DNA of 64,000 bases. Origin: Octopus sinensis. Its lineage: Eukaryota. The stretch is from the NCBI RefSeq assembly GCF_006345805.1, contig NC_042998.1, positions 146,382,001-146,446,000 on the forward strand, written 5' to 3'. Made by a program: the position numbers and the translations under genes. The notes beneath the pieces were generated by a model. The model ran no database searches. It saw only the letters and a list, made by a program, of their open reading frames with translations, and had not been told where the DNA came from. Shown piece after piece: positions 1-13,697 of this stretch (position 1 is the first letter of the stretch; each line of letters begins with the position of its first letter).

Positions 1-190
1 TCCATCAACGCTTGACAACTAGTTTTGGTGTGTTTACGTCCCCGTAACAGCGACTCAACAAAAGCGACCGATAGAATAAAGTACTAGGCGTAAAAACAAT
101 AAGTCCTGGGGTCGATTTGTTCGACTAAAACCCTTCAAGGCGTTGCTCAAGCATAGCCGTAGTAAAAAATGACTGAAACAAGGAATATAA
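1..190 (+). mobile_element. 3' half of an abundant SINE (type-B tail ending GACTGAAACAAG)
   Basis: Same sequence recurs in reverse at 3251-3356, 8371-8575 and 10890-11000, and forward at about 13200-13300; family recognised from memory as an octopus SINE tail. Confidence 0.7.
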
Positions 191-236
191 TATAATTTAT
201 ATGAATGCGTGTGTATGTGTGCGTGCGAGTGTGAAT

Positions 237-237
<1 letters not shown>

Positions 238-313
<76 letters not shown>
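238..313. repeat. (CA)n(TA)n compound microsatellite
   Basis: Directly visible. Confidence 0.95.
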
Positions 314-490
314 AATATAAGGGTAGCAAAAAATTCTAGAAAAATTTCTCCGCTACCAGCGCCATTCCTTATATTGTTGAATATATATATATATATATAT
401 AGTTGGTGTTTTGAAATACCACGAACTGTTCTGAAGATTAGTCTGTTAATTAAATTCTCAACACGTATATATGAATGCGTATGTATGTGT

Positions 491-526
<36 letters not shown>

Positions 527-1345
527 ATATATGTAAATTTTATATACGTGCGAAGGATAATGTAATATCTCTTATATAACTAACATGATTATGAAACAGC
601 TGTAAACTAATAGAATAAGCATCTTTCCTCCAATCTCACTCATCTGTTTTAATATGTGTGTGTGTGCGTGTGTGCGTTACGTATTACGAAGCTCAGATTA
701 AACACATAGCTGTGCTACATATGCATGGGACTGAATAGCTTAAGAAGTTTGCTTCTCAATTTCGAGGTGCCAGAAACCTGCAACAAGTTTAAAGTTGGTT
801 AGATTGTTTCATGCGAGCCACCATAAGCAGTTCTTGAATAGAACTAGGTCCCATCTTTTGGTATAAGTACTGGAGCGGGTGGTTGACCAACAGGAAAGCA
901 AGCTTGAATTTAGTACGGCAAGTTAACGAAACATTCGCGAATTATTGGTATCTGGGCGATCGTGGAGGCATTCCAGATGAAATATTGTGAATCATTTTGT
1001 CTACTGTGTGGCAAAGATTAAAAAAAAGGAAAGAAAGAGGAAAGAAAACAAGAAATTCCTATCAGAAGCGACATAAATGAAACAATTACAAAGGGGGGGG
1101 GGGGCAAAGCAAAAAAAAAAACCCAACCCCAAAACTTGAAGATACAGAATTATTTCATAATTTCTACGACCAAGTTTTGATGACACATGACTTATAAGTA
1201 TCTCATAACCTGTCTATCAATGAAATCCGCTTGACTAATGTCACTTCACTACTATTGTATATTCCACCACTCCCACACGGATGTATTATAGCTTTTATAT
1301 AGATATAGATATATTATAGTTATGAATGTATGTATGTATGTTCGT

Positions 1346-1565
1346 GTAGCCAAGTGGTTAGTGTTGCACTTATGATCACAACATCCTGGTTTCGATGTCT
1401 GGACCGGGAGGTACATCATTTTCCTGAGCGAAACACTTCATCTCGTGTTGCTCCAGTTAACCCTGCAACGACCGACTGGCGTCACGTTCAAGGGTAATGT
1501 TATCCTGTCGACCAAATGTTGATGCAAAATGAATGGGTAACCACCATTATGAGTCCTCGGACTTG
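1346..1565 (+). mobile_element. Degenerate tRNA-derived SINE
   Basis: A-box-like TAGCCAAGTGG and B-box-like GGTTTCGATGTC, followed by a body and a simple-repeat tail. Confidence 0.45.
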
Positions 1566-1582
1566 AGAATGTAATGTACTAG

Positions 1583-1854
<272 letters not shown>

Positions 1855-2256
1855 CTACCTGTGATCTGTTGGGTCACCTGGAAAGTCTGAGTTTCCCAGC
1901 AACGGAGTTTTGTTTCGTGAGCTTTTTTTTTCCAGGTTTATTTCGCATGTTTTCAACGAATGTGACATCGAAATCACGCGTAAACGGTTCCTTTCCCCAG
2001 AAAAGGAAAAATTTGACTGGTTGCTATTTCTTGCACGCCTTGCTACTACGTAACAGGTATTTCGGGTCTTTTATCGCAAATAGCTGTTACATGGTAGCAG
2101 TGCATGCTAGAAGTGGCAGCTACATTTTTGGAGCTGAGATATATTGAATGCACGCCAAAAACTTTTTGTAATGGCATTCCTTTGAGACGATCTTTCGCTT
2201 CGACTTTCAGAACTGCCGCTTTGACTCTCAGAACTGTCATCCGGATCAGCTGGTTT

Positions 2257-2718
2257 TGTTCGTTAATTTCCGTAAAAATTATTTTACTTATTTACTTTTG
2301 TTTTAAAGTGAAAGAGAGGAGAAAGTGAAAGATGTATGAACGTGTATATGAAATGGACGTGTAGGTGCGTGTGTGTGTGAGAGAGAGAGTGTGCCACTTA
2401 CACATACATGAGAACACACACACACACACATGCCACGTAATACAAAAAGGCGTACGCTGTACGCATATGTATTGATGTATGTACGTATACATGACAACAC
2501 ACCCCTTCACTCACACTCTTTGTCTCTCTCACTTTTTCTCTCTCTCTTTCTCTCTATCTTTCTCACTTTTTCTCTTTCTCTTCCTCTTTCTCTCTCTCTC
2601 TCTCTTTCACACACACACACACGTCCATTTCATATACGCGTACATTTCACTTTCTACTCTCTTTCACTCTAAAACAAAAGTAAATAAATAAAAAAGTTTT
2701 TACGGAAATTGACGAACC
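2257..2718. repeat. Inverted repeat with about 105-bp arms around a microsatellite-rich spacer (MITE-like)
   Basis: 2257-2362 (GTTCGTTAATTTCCGTAAAAA...GAAATGGACGTGT) is the approximate reverse complement of 2618-2718 (ACACGTCCATTTC...TTTTTACGGAAATTGACGAAC). Confidence 0.7.
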
Positions 2719-3250
2719 CTGGATGACAAGCTAAAGATCGCCATTCACTTGAAAATTAAAAAAAATTAAAATCTTGTCTGTTGAAAGATAAAATATAAAT
2801 ACCTACTGTACAAACAACTTATACTTTTGAAATAACATGATTAAAATATTGTGTACATCAAGAAGTCGACGCTTTTTTTTCTTCTTAGAAAGCTCGAAGA
2901 CTATGTGTGTCACAGATAGCGGACGTGTGTTTGTGTTGATTGACAAGCCATGGCATTCATTATATAATGTGTATTCTGTATGTGTGTTGACGTCACGGAA
3001 GTCATGTTTTTTTTCATCAAGAAATAACAAACAAAACTTGTGATTAATCGTTTTCATTAATAAATAGAAGTCCATATATCACAAAAAATTGTTCTGTACT
3101 GCCTAAGTATGAAAATAAATGTGCAGAAAAAAAGTTAAGATAAAATATACTATTTCTGAGATATTTCGGGTACACACAAACATCTCTAGAATTTTAGTAT
3201 TATTAAGATATATATATAAAGTTGGATATTTACTACATATATATATATAT

Positions 3251-3565
3251 TACTCTTTTACTTGTTTCAGTCATTTGCCTAGTACTTTTTCTATCGGTAT
3301 CTTTTGCCGAACCGCTAAGTTACGGGGACGTAAACACACCAGCATCGGTTGTCAAGACACATAAACATATACACACATACAAATACATATATACACATAT
3401 ACGACGGGCTTCTTCCAGTTTCCGCCTACCAAATCCAAGCACAAGGCTTTGGTCGGCCCGAGGCTATAGTAGAAGACACTTGCCCAAGGTTCCACGCAGT
3501 GGGACTGAACTCGGGACCATGTGGTTGGTAAGCGAGCTACTTACCATACAGCCACTCCTACGCCT
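3251..3565 (-). mobile_element. Composite tRNA-derived SINE (tRNA head, CORE-like segment, internal microsatellite, type-B tail)
   Basis: Reverse strand reads GGAGTGGCTGTATGGTAAGTAGC...GAGTTCAGTCCC...ACCTTGGGCAAGTGTCTT; near-identical architecture at 8371-8817. Confidence 0.8.
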
Positions 3566-3580
3566 ATGTATATTTATATA

Positions 3581-3621
<41 letters not shown>

Positions 3622-3643
3622 AGAACAAAGTGTACGTACGCCG

Positions 3644-3674
<31 letters not shown>

Positions 3675-3686
3675 AACATCCTGATA

Positions 3687-3880
3687 GACGATAAAAAAAT
3701 AAGGACGGGTCATTTGAAGTTTTCTTTCTTCAGTCAAGAACCAGATTATACTCAAAATTTCGGCTGATTATTCTTGAGATTACTCCAATCTGGCCAGCTC
3801 CAAGGAAAAACTAAGCTAACGCATTAGATTCCTTGGAAGAAAGCAGCGAATGTATAAAAAAAACAAGGATGAATGCATAC
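3687..3880. repeat. Interspersed repeat fragment also present inverted at 53457-53535
   Basis: GGACGGGTCATTYGAAG...TCTTCAGTCAAGAACCRGATYAT shared between the two loci. Confidence 0.6.
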
Positions 3881-6282
3881 ACAAACATGATCCATGGTCC
3901 CTGCGGACGAGGATTCAACCTTCGATCACCTTGCATGAAAGGGTCAGTTTGCAGCTAGAAATACCCAAAACAATTCCTTCAGGAAACACAATCCGGGCAC
4001 GACGGGTACCCTCTGTACAGACGAAGGAAACCTGGGGACGATGGATTCACAGCGCATGTTGGTTCGTATGAAGTAGACAAGTAGACAACAGATGGATAGT
4101 GCCTTACTGCCCAATCCTGTCGAAAGCATTCAATGCTCACAGAAATGTCGAGCTCTGCAATTCTGTAAAGTCCATCAAATATGTGTGCAAGCACATCAAC
4201 AAAGGCTCTGATGCTGCTGTGTTCGGCCTGCAATCAGACTGAGTCCGAGATGAAATAATGCAATACCAAGTAGGCAGGTACATAAGTAGTAACGAAGCCT
4301 TCTGGCGCATTTTCGGGTTTCCACTGCATCAAAGGCATCCGCCAATCCATCAGCTTGTAGTGCACCTTGAAAACGGCCAACCGCTTCCACTGCTACTCGA
4401 CTGACTAGGCAATCAATAGATACAACACGGTTTTCTTCAAACTCTACCAGGTAGACCTGTTTGCACAAGATCTGCTTAATCCTCAAGTCCCGTCATACTA
4501 CACATGGAATAAGTAAAAGTGGCAGCGAAGAAAGTTAGGTCGAACCGTTGATGGTCACCCTGAAATTAAATTTGATAATTGCCTCAGCAGAGTGTATACG
4601 GTTCAGCAGGGCTAACAAGAATGCTTCTACTTCCGATTGCTGCTTCACGAGGTAAGGGGTCCAAAGTCCTTCGACCAATTAAAGACCGTGAACGGCCATA
4701 CATGTGCTACACTCAAGGGGACCTGCTTACTACGTGGGCTGCTAGAAGACGGTGCGCTGTGGGATGTTACGCTTGTGGAGGCTGCTGTTTCACAGTCACC
4801 GAAAAGTCTCAGAGCTCTGTTTCCTGTACTCCTGCACATTTGCCAACTTCCCGATCCCCATTCATTGTGGTTTAAGTACAGACACGACCTATCAGAAGAC
4901 TTCCATTATCAGGCTCAACTGCATCATACCTGCTTACCTGCTGAAAATGATTTCATTTACAACTGTGCTTTACTTGACATAGAGAACATGACTGTTTCTC
5001 TGGGAGATAATACCTTACCTACATACGGGCTGCCGCAACCATTGTGCCACGGTACGCCTTCAATACCAACAGAGTTAATATGTGAAACGTCCTATGACAC
5101 TGTCCTTAATCAATACATCCAGCAAAATGAGCCCAAACTTCTGCCTGAGCAACAGTGGGCTTACAGTACCATCTTTGACCACATGCAGAAACGAAAAGGG
5201 GGTATTTTTTCTTGATGCACCTGGAAGGACCGGAAAAACGTTCGTTATTCAGCTTCTACTTGCTAAAGTAAGACACCGAAAAGACGTAACCGAGGCTGTG
5301 ACCTCCTCTGGCATTGCAGCAACTTTACTGCCCGTGGGCAGGACGGCGCACTCAACCTTTAAGCTACCATTTGATTTGGCAAGGTCCGAAAACGTCTGAA
5401 AAGGGCTTGATTCTCCGAAGTTGCCAGCTGATAGTTTGGGATGAATGCACAATGGCCCACAAGCGATCCCTCGAAGCTCTCAACACCACTCTTCAAGACA
5501 TCAGAGACTGTCCCGCTACGATGGCTGGTATAACTCTCCTCCTGTCTGGCGATTTCCGACAAACGCTTCCTGTAATACCCAAGGGAACCAGGGCAGATGT
5601 TGTCAGGGCTTGCCTAAAGTGCTCCCGGCTGTGGCAAAATGTTACAACATTGTCTCCCAAAACAAACATAAGAGCGCAGCTTTGTGGTGACCAGATTGCA
5701 TCAGATTTTGCATCTGACACATTGTCAATCGGAAACAGTATTGTTCAGCTCGATGAAAACGGAAAACTGTCACTAACTCACCTCTGCACCACTGTCAGTA
5801 ATTCCGATGAACTAGAAGTACATGACTTTCCAAATCTACAAAGGAACTACCTTGACATGAATTGGATTTCTGAAAGAGCCATTTTGGCTCCAAAAAACAG
5901 CACAGTAACCACTCTCAACGCTAAGCTGCTGCATTCGCTTCCCGGAAGGTTGCACGTGTACGGGTCAATCGATTCTGTACTCGACGACGACCGGGCAGTG
6001 AACTATCTTGAAGTTATCAGAATCCCTCTCATTCCATCTGGTGCAGATATTCCCTTTGCATTTCGACGTCTGCAGTTCCCCCTTAGACTATGTTTTGCAA
6101 TGTTAATCAATAAGTCACAGGGGCAGACACTATCGGTGGCAGGGCTGCATTTAGATGAATCATGCTTTTCATACGGTCAGCTATACCTCGGTTGTTCCCG
6201 GGTGGGAAGCAAAGAAAGTCTCTTCGTTTACTCACCCCGAGGTAGAACGAAAAATATTGTCTACCAAGAGGTATTAGTATGA
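3881..6282 (+). pseudogene. Frameshifted Helitron RepHel (HUH Rep C-terminal part + PIF1-like SF1 helicase)
   Basis: Hand translation: TNMIHGPCG, GYPLYRRR, WIVPYCP, SIKYVCKHINKGSD, RYISSNEAFWRIFGF. ORF track: FLDAPGRTGKTF, SSGIAATLLPVGRTAHSTFKLP, LIVWDECTM, LLSGDFRQTLPV, RRLQFPLRLCFAMLINKSQGQTL, KNIVYQEVL. Confidence 0.92.
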
Positions 6283-7222
6283 GACTTCGTAACTGTTTAC
6301 ACTGTGAAAAAGTAACGTGCAGCTTCACAAAGCAGCTGATTTAGACATCATCCTCTCAGACGTGTGTAATGGGCTTTACATCCGCTTTTACTCTAAAACT
6401 ACCAGCACACAGTCAGCCCATTTCACAAAGAGAAACCTATTAAGTTACACTCCTCTTAGTGCAGCATTTAGTTTTTTTTACAAAAATAGGAGTAGTAATT
6501 ACTCCAACAATGGCTTAAGGGGCGATCGAGCATCTTTAAGGATGTAACTTCAACCGATCAGTGTTTTCTTATAATACGCTTCTAATGCATTCAATGCGTA
6601 AGCAGAAAGGAGGCATGCAATGTTCCACCAATTAACTGGTAGAGGCTTATGAAAAGGGCAGAGATACATAGAACGCATTCGCTGTAGCAGCTTCGCGCAC
6701 TCAGCAACATAAATGGTGTGGACAAACATTCAACGTCGATACTATCCATACGTCATGACAACTAATCAATATTTAATCACTCTCCTCATTTTAATGACGG
6801 TCGTAGTTAACGATTGTTTAAATAGCCCAATCCCCCAAAATGCTCACTTGTGAAATAAACGTTTTGATGATTCACTCTCTGTGTCTACATCTGATAAACC
6901 CAAATATAACTACACACCATTGCAGTGCACACTACAACTTTGCATTATCGGATGGCGCCGGGCAGCAGTGATACAGAGAGGTATACAACACGAGTCACTA
7001 CATGGACGGACAAACACTTATTTGTCATAGACTTAGTGATGTCAGATTGCATTGTCAACTCTAACCTTAACCTAAATAAAACTCTATAAAAGTTTGGAAT
7101 GTCCAATTCACTTTTGCACTACCGATTGAGGTCCAGACTGCTGTAATGTAGACTGACAACATAACTAGACGCGCTAAATATTTACTACTTTCTGACCCGT
7201 GCAACGCCAGGTATTATTGCTA

Positions 7223-7223
<1 letters not shown>
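3881..7223 (+). mobile_element. 5'-truncated Helitron rolling-circle transposon
   Basis: Rep and helicase remnants, then a 3' UTR ending in an imperfect hairpin ACCCGTGCAACGCCAGGT, CTAG (7220-7223) and target T. Confidence 0.88.
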
Positions 7224-7282
<59 letters not shown>

Positions 7283-8275
7283 TATATATATATTATATAT
7301 ATACGGCAGGCGTCTTTCAGTTTCCGACCAAATCCACTCACAAGGCTTTGGTCGTATATATACTTTATTTGTTGATTAACGTTCAACTTAACAATGTGTG
7401 ATTCATTACCCCGTGGTAATGAAACGATCTTAACCATTTGGTTATGGTGCGTCTAAATATTCAGCTAAAATGTTTATAGAAATATTAACGTATCTCTTCA
7501 TTCTCAATACATTCTGATAGATTCGAACGTGGATACTGATTGCTGTAGTCTTTCATCATCGGAGAACATCTCCTACTCTTAGACGATGTGTGTTTATTAC
7601 ACACGCGATTCTTCGGTGCGAAGGGACTTTGGTACATCTCAGTGTTTCGACCACGTCATGTGTCTCTTCAATCAAAGCTACCCTGCCGGACCGGTGAATC
7701 TCAAGAATATGTGTTCTTGCTTATTGAAAATAACCAACAAATTATTTACGGATACATGCTGACGTCTACCAAACATTCATGGGATGCGCGTTAAACAGCG
7801 AGAGTCACAATAATAGCGTATCTGTTCATTCTTAATACGTTTTGACGAATACAAACATCAATAGCCACCAGATATTCGCGTTCAAATCTAGCAGAATATA
7901 TTAAAAATGGATATATCATTGTCACTGTTCTGCGTGCACCCGATGAGTTAATAAAAATGTTTTAGTGTGTAAAAAAATCCCACTTGAATGCGTTTGTTGT
8001 CAAATGAACTCACCTTGACACCGTGTCAGCTTTTATAGTGTCAGCTAAACTGGTGATTTAATGACATTAGTTAAAAAGGTCACAAAGAAACAGATCTCTT
8101 GTCTCCAGTATACGAGACCATGAACATCGTTAGTGGAACAATAGGAAAACGAACTGAGATTCATCATGAGCGAATGGGAAGATTAGTGGTTCGAAGCTTG
8201 GAAAAGTTTCCTATTACACACACACACACATTATATATGTAAGAATGTAATATATGTGTGTGAGTGGTGTGCGTA

Positions 8276-8308
<33 letters not shown>

Positions 8309-8370
8309 ATGTATGTATGTATGTATGTATGTATGTATGTATGTATGTATGTATGTATGTATGTATGTAT

Positions 8371-8590
8371 ACTCTCTTTACTCTTTTACTCTTTTACTTG
8401 TTTCAGTCATTTGACTGCGGCCATGCTGGAGCACCGCCTTTAGTTGGGCAAATCGACCCCGGGACTTATTCTTTGTAAGCCCAGTACTTATTCTATCAGT
8501 CTCTTTTTGCCGAACTGCTAAGTGACGGGGACGTAAACATACCAGCATCGGTTGTCAAGCAATGCTAGGGGGACAAACACAGACACACAA

Positions 8591-8654
<64 letters not shown>

Positions 8655-8816
8655 GACAGGCTTCTTTCAGTTTCCGTCTACCAAATCCACTCACTAGGCA
8701 TTGGTCGGCCCGGGGCTATAGCAGAAGACACTTGCCCAAGATGCCACGCAGTGGGACTGAACCCGGAACCATGTGGTTGGTTAGCAAGCTACTTACCACA
8801 CAGCCACTCCTGCGCC

Positions 8817-8817
<1 letters not shown>
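8371..8817 (-). mobile_element. Composite tRNA-derived SINE with internal (TA)n(TG)n
   Basis: Same architecture as 3251-3565; tail is a (GAGTAAAA)n tandem repeat. Confidence 0.85.
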
Positions 8818-8869
<52 letters not shown>

Positions 8870-11023
8870 TCACCATGAGGATATTTAAACTTTTATATTC
8901 TCTGTTATTCTATTATCTGATAAGTATCAGTAAGGCCATATTTCACTGAAGAGTTTGTATAAGTCGAAACATGCCTGGAGTTGTCACAATACTAACAAAA
9001 CCAGACTTACTACAAGCCTTATTCACGTTTAATTAACTTGAATTTCATAGTTGCCTACATTGTCTTTCTTGACAAAAATTGTCATTAGCGCTAAAGATTT
9101 TTTCTTTTTTTTTTACAGACATAATTGTAATTGAATCATTTTTTTTAGGTCATTACATTTAATATGTTAACTTTGACCTTATTCTGTGTTCTTAACTCAA
9201 GACACCACTGGGAAAATTTCTCATATCTTATACCCACAAAGACTCAAAAACACTGATACATGTACAATTACAATGCTTTTATTTGTTTTTCTGGAGCCGA
9301 TGCTACTGAACCGTAGGGGATTGCGACAAAGTAATAATATTGTCTACACAATGTTATACATAGTTATACAAACATACGCACATACGTTCATGCGTTGCTG
9401 ACTAGAGCCGACAAAGCAATAAATATATACAAAAACAGAGAAAAATAGACATACAACTTCACACCGGCACACTAACATTTTGCTTTGATAGTTTTATAAA
9501 GAAATGAAATACAATTGGTTAAAAATGTCATCTAGGTTAACTATTATTTCGTTGAAAATGAATTTATGAAACACACTTGCAAACTAAAAATTAATCGGAT
9601 CTAGTTTGTTTCATTCGCAAAATGAGCCCCATTTAATTTTGCTCAGATTGCTTTCAATTTTGGTGTATCGATGCAACTCTGAATTCTGATTACGATTAAC
9701 CAGTTACTTTATCTCATGTTTCGCTGCTGGTTAAAAATACACAGTTTTTCCGATTTTTAAACCTTTGTAACTTTTTCCTCCATTTTTTTCCTCACATCTT
9801 ACCTTCATAGCAATGAGACTGGAAAGATACATTATTATAACCGATTTTCAGATTTTTTACTTCCTTTTAAAAAAAGGCATATTTTGCAAATGAAAAAAAA
9901 CTAGATCCAATTCATCTTTTGAAATAATTTTTCATTCGATACCGCTTTCACTTTATTTTTTTATACGTGTTTCAGCTACTGGACGGCAGCTTTGCTAGGG
10001 TATCGCCTTGAAGGGTTTAGTCGAACAAATCGTACTTTGTAAAATCTGGAACTTATGCTGTCGGTCTTTATTTTTGAACTGCTAGTTTACGAGAACGTTA
10101 AAAAACTATGCAGTTTGTCAAGCGGAGGGGGCAGTCAAAGATAAGGACACGTATATTCACACATGTATCTACGTCTAACAAATTTCCACACATTTTCCGA
10201 CCAAATTCACTCACAAGGCATTGGTCTACTCAGGACTAGTAGAAGACACTTATCCAATGTGCAACGCAGTGACACTGAAACCGAATAAAAATTCTACGAT
10301 ATTTTGGCACAAATAAGACATGATAAATATTTGTTAAATAAATAACACTTGATGCATAAATATAATTTTTAACTTCTCAAACGTGTATAGAATTTTTAGT
10401 TTCCTAAACACGCGCGCGCGCGCACACACACACATTGTATAAATTACATTTTTCTTGTGATCACTGGCTTTTATGTTGATATGTAGTGACTTTGAGCAGA
10501 TGACATTTCAGTCTCACCTTGCCATGTGTGTTGTTTTAAAATATCAGAGATTAGAAGTCTGAGAGACATTTTTGGTTATTCTGGTAGAAATAAAAATACC
10601 GCCAGCATCTAACTCTCAGTTTGCTGCCATCGGCAGTCACAAAAGACACAATAAGCCATTTCTTTTATTTTAGTCACCAGGGTTCGCTCTTACTTGCAGT
10701 TAAATTCACCTTGTCTTACCCCTACAGAATAATTCCTACCTGTTTAAAAGTACGTACGTTATCTGTATCTCTAACTTTCCTAACTGTCAATTATTTGCTC
10801 GCAGGCGTTTTTAATTTCACAAAGAAAAAAATGTCTGAATATTTTCTGAAAACCTTATCCAAATGACGAAAATATAAATCTTTTACCTTTTTACTTTCAT
10901 TTGTTTCAGTCATTAAAGTGCGACGATACTGGGGGACCGCCTTATAGAACTCTTAGTCGAATGAATCGACTCCAGTACTTATTTTTTTAAAGCCTAGTAC
11001 TTATTCTAACGTTCTGACCAGTC

Positions 11024-11118
11024 GACCCTGGCGGCGTTTGAACTCAGAACGTGATGACAGATGAAATACTGCTAAGCATTTCGCCCGGCGTGCTAACGAT
11101 TCTGTCAGCTCACCGCCT
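11024..11118 (-). mobile_element. Type-A tRNA-derived SINE head
   Basis: Reverse complement matches the GGCGGCGAGCTGGCAGAA...GTTCTGAGTTCAAA family seen at 32435, 37553 and 50325. Confidence 0.7.
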
Positions 11119-11162
11119 TTAACCTCTCTATAAAAATAGTTGATGTAGATGTTAGTTTATTG

Positions 11163-11290
11163 CAGTGGTTCCCAAAGTGGGCGGTACTTCCCCCTGGGGG
11201 CGGTGGAAAGATCCAGGAGACGTTGGAGAAAAGTGGCACGATAATGGGTGACCAAAATGGGGGTGATGGATGCAACCCCCCCCCCAATGA
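11163..11290 (+). mobile_element. Left end of a hAT-like MITE
   Basis: CAGTGGTTCCCAAAGTGGGCGGTAC...CCCCCTGGGGGCGG resembles hAT/Charlie termini; no right end or TSD found. Confidence 0.4.
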
Positions 11291-12184
11291 TTGCTCAATT
11301 AGATTAAGTTTTATTTGTGAAGTGCAGTTATTTTGAATTTGCTACAGAAAGTGGTTAATGTTTGTGGTGGTGAGTGGGGAGCTAAGAATATGATTCTAGT
11401 GCCAACGGAGCGGTAGCCTCAAAAATTTTGGGAATCACTGGTTCATTAGGTGACCTCTCTCCATCGTACATAGAGAGAGAAGGAAAGTAAAAGAGAAATA
11501 CAGAGTTAACAGGAGGTACAGGATGAGTGCATATACTAGTCTTGGTGGCAGACATTGAGTAAAGAAACTCTCTCTCTCCACACACACACAGAGTGAAAGA
11601 GGAAGAATCATAGACAGAGTGGAGAAAGAGAAAATGGAGTAAATGACACAGGAGTTATATAGATAAAAAATTTGCTTTAATTATATTTTGAGGCAATATT
11701 TGTCTTTAGAAAATTTGTTTTCATTACATCATTGTGTATAAGCACCTAGAAATTTAATAGAACTTATTGTATATAAAGCATATTTTCTAATATATTACCC
11801 ATGGTAGGAAAAGGATACTTCTTATAAAAACAATTTTACATTAATTCTATACTTTTGTAGAGTACAAATTTATTATTCTTAGACAAGAATGTTGTTCACA
11901 GTGACTTTGAGGTTTTGGCCAGGTAAGCCATTGGTTAGGCAGTCCAACATGATTTGAAACTAGAACATAAAGAGCTGGACACATATACTGCAAGACATGT
12001 TTTCCAGTGCTCTAACAATTCTGCCAGCTTTACATTAAACCTTGCTGTCTTAGAGACAAATGAACATATTGTACATGTACAGTTTTGAAACATTACGGAT
12101 TAAAAAAGAAAGATGTGATGGTCATAACTGGAACGTCTTTGATCACAAGTCTGTTTGATCAGGATTAATCTGGAGCTAAACAAC

Positions 12185-13030
12185 AATGATATCTCACTGC
12201 ACTATATCAAACTACACTGTACTTTAATACCCCATACTACATTGTGCTATACTACACTACACTGTGGTACATTGTACCACACTATTATGCTCATTCACTA
12301 TACACTACATACACTACAATACTACAAGACACAACATCACTATATTATACTGCAGATCACTATATATACTACATAGTACACTTCTATACTACAATATATT
12401 AAACCACTATACTACAATACAACAGATCACTGTAATACATAGTATACCTCTATATTACAATGCAATAGACCACTGTACTACATAGTATACCACAATACTA
12501 TAATACAATAGACCACTGTACTACATAGTACACCTCTATACTACAATAGACCACTGTACTACATAGTATGTTTCTATACTACAATACAGTAGACCACTAT
12601 ACTACATAGTACACCTCTATACTATAATACATTAATCCACTATACTACATAGTATACCTCTATTCTACAATACATTAATCCACTGTACTACATAGTATAC
12701 CTCTATACTACAATTCAGTAGACCACTATACTACATAGTACACCTCTTCACTACAATACAGTAGACCACTATACTACATAGTATACTTCTATACTGCAAT
12801 ACATTAGACCACTACACTACATAGTACACCTCTACACCACAATACATTAGACCACTACACTACTACAATACATTAGGCCATTATACTGCAATGTACATAC
12901 ACTACACCACTATACTATGCAGCATACTATTAAACTATACACTATAACATTATACTACGACTCTATAACAATACCTAACATCACTATACTACAATATACG
13001 ATATTGTTATAATACTATTGAACTATACTA
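12185..13030. repeat. Degenerate ACTAT/ACTAC satellite with a higher-order unit of about 43 bp
   Basis: Recurrent GACCACTRTACTACATAGTAYACCTCTATACTACAATAC at roughly 12470-12870. Confidence 0.85.
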
Positions 13031-13664
13031 CACTCCGCGCTCCTTCATCATTAGAATGTGTTAATGACAGTCAGAGCTCAATATTTCATCTAATTTTATT
13101 CCGATTCCATAAATCTGTTTGCAACAATAAAGAAAAAAGCATTGAAAAACAAACAAAACAATTAACAATATATACATACATACATATGAATAAATACCAG
13201 GTTTTAAAAAATAAGTACTGGGTTGATTCAATCGACTAATATTCTTCAAGGCGTTGCCCCAGCATGGGCACAGTCTAATGACTGAGACAAGTAAAAGATA
13301 AAAGACACACACACACACATACACACAAATAAACTACAATAAAGAACATAAACAGTATATATATATATATATATATATAAATAAAATAAAACGGTGATTT
13401 ATTCCTGTGTGTGACGTCAGAACACCAAAGTCGACAGATCGATTGCGGTGGAATTTGAATTAACCATTTTTCGCTGATCTAGTTTTGGTATTGGTAGTCT
13501 TACTTCACCAAAAAGCTGTCTTTAGTTTGCAGAGTTATTATTATTGCAATGTCTCATTCACAACCAACTCATTCTATCTTTTTGTCTTTCTTCCTCTCTG
13601 TCGTCTATATCATTCTTTCTTTCTGTCTTATTATGTTCGCTTTTCTGATTTGTCTATTTATCTG

Positions 13665-13697
<33 letters not shown>

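Noticed and set aside
55-565. Long ORFs rich in HT/CV/YI dipeptides (also many others across the window)
   Set aside because: Artefacts of translating (CA)n, (TA)n, (TATG)n and (TTA)n microsatellites
2988-3002. CRE + ETS-like motif TGACGTCACGGAAGT
   Set aside because: Short motif with no associated transcript start or CpG-island context
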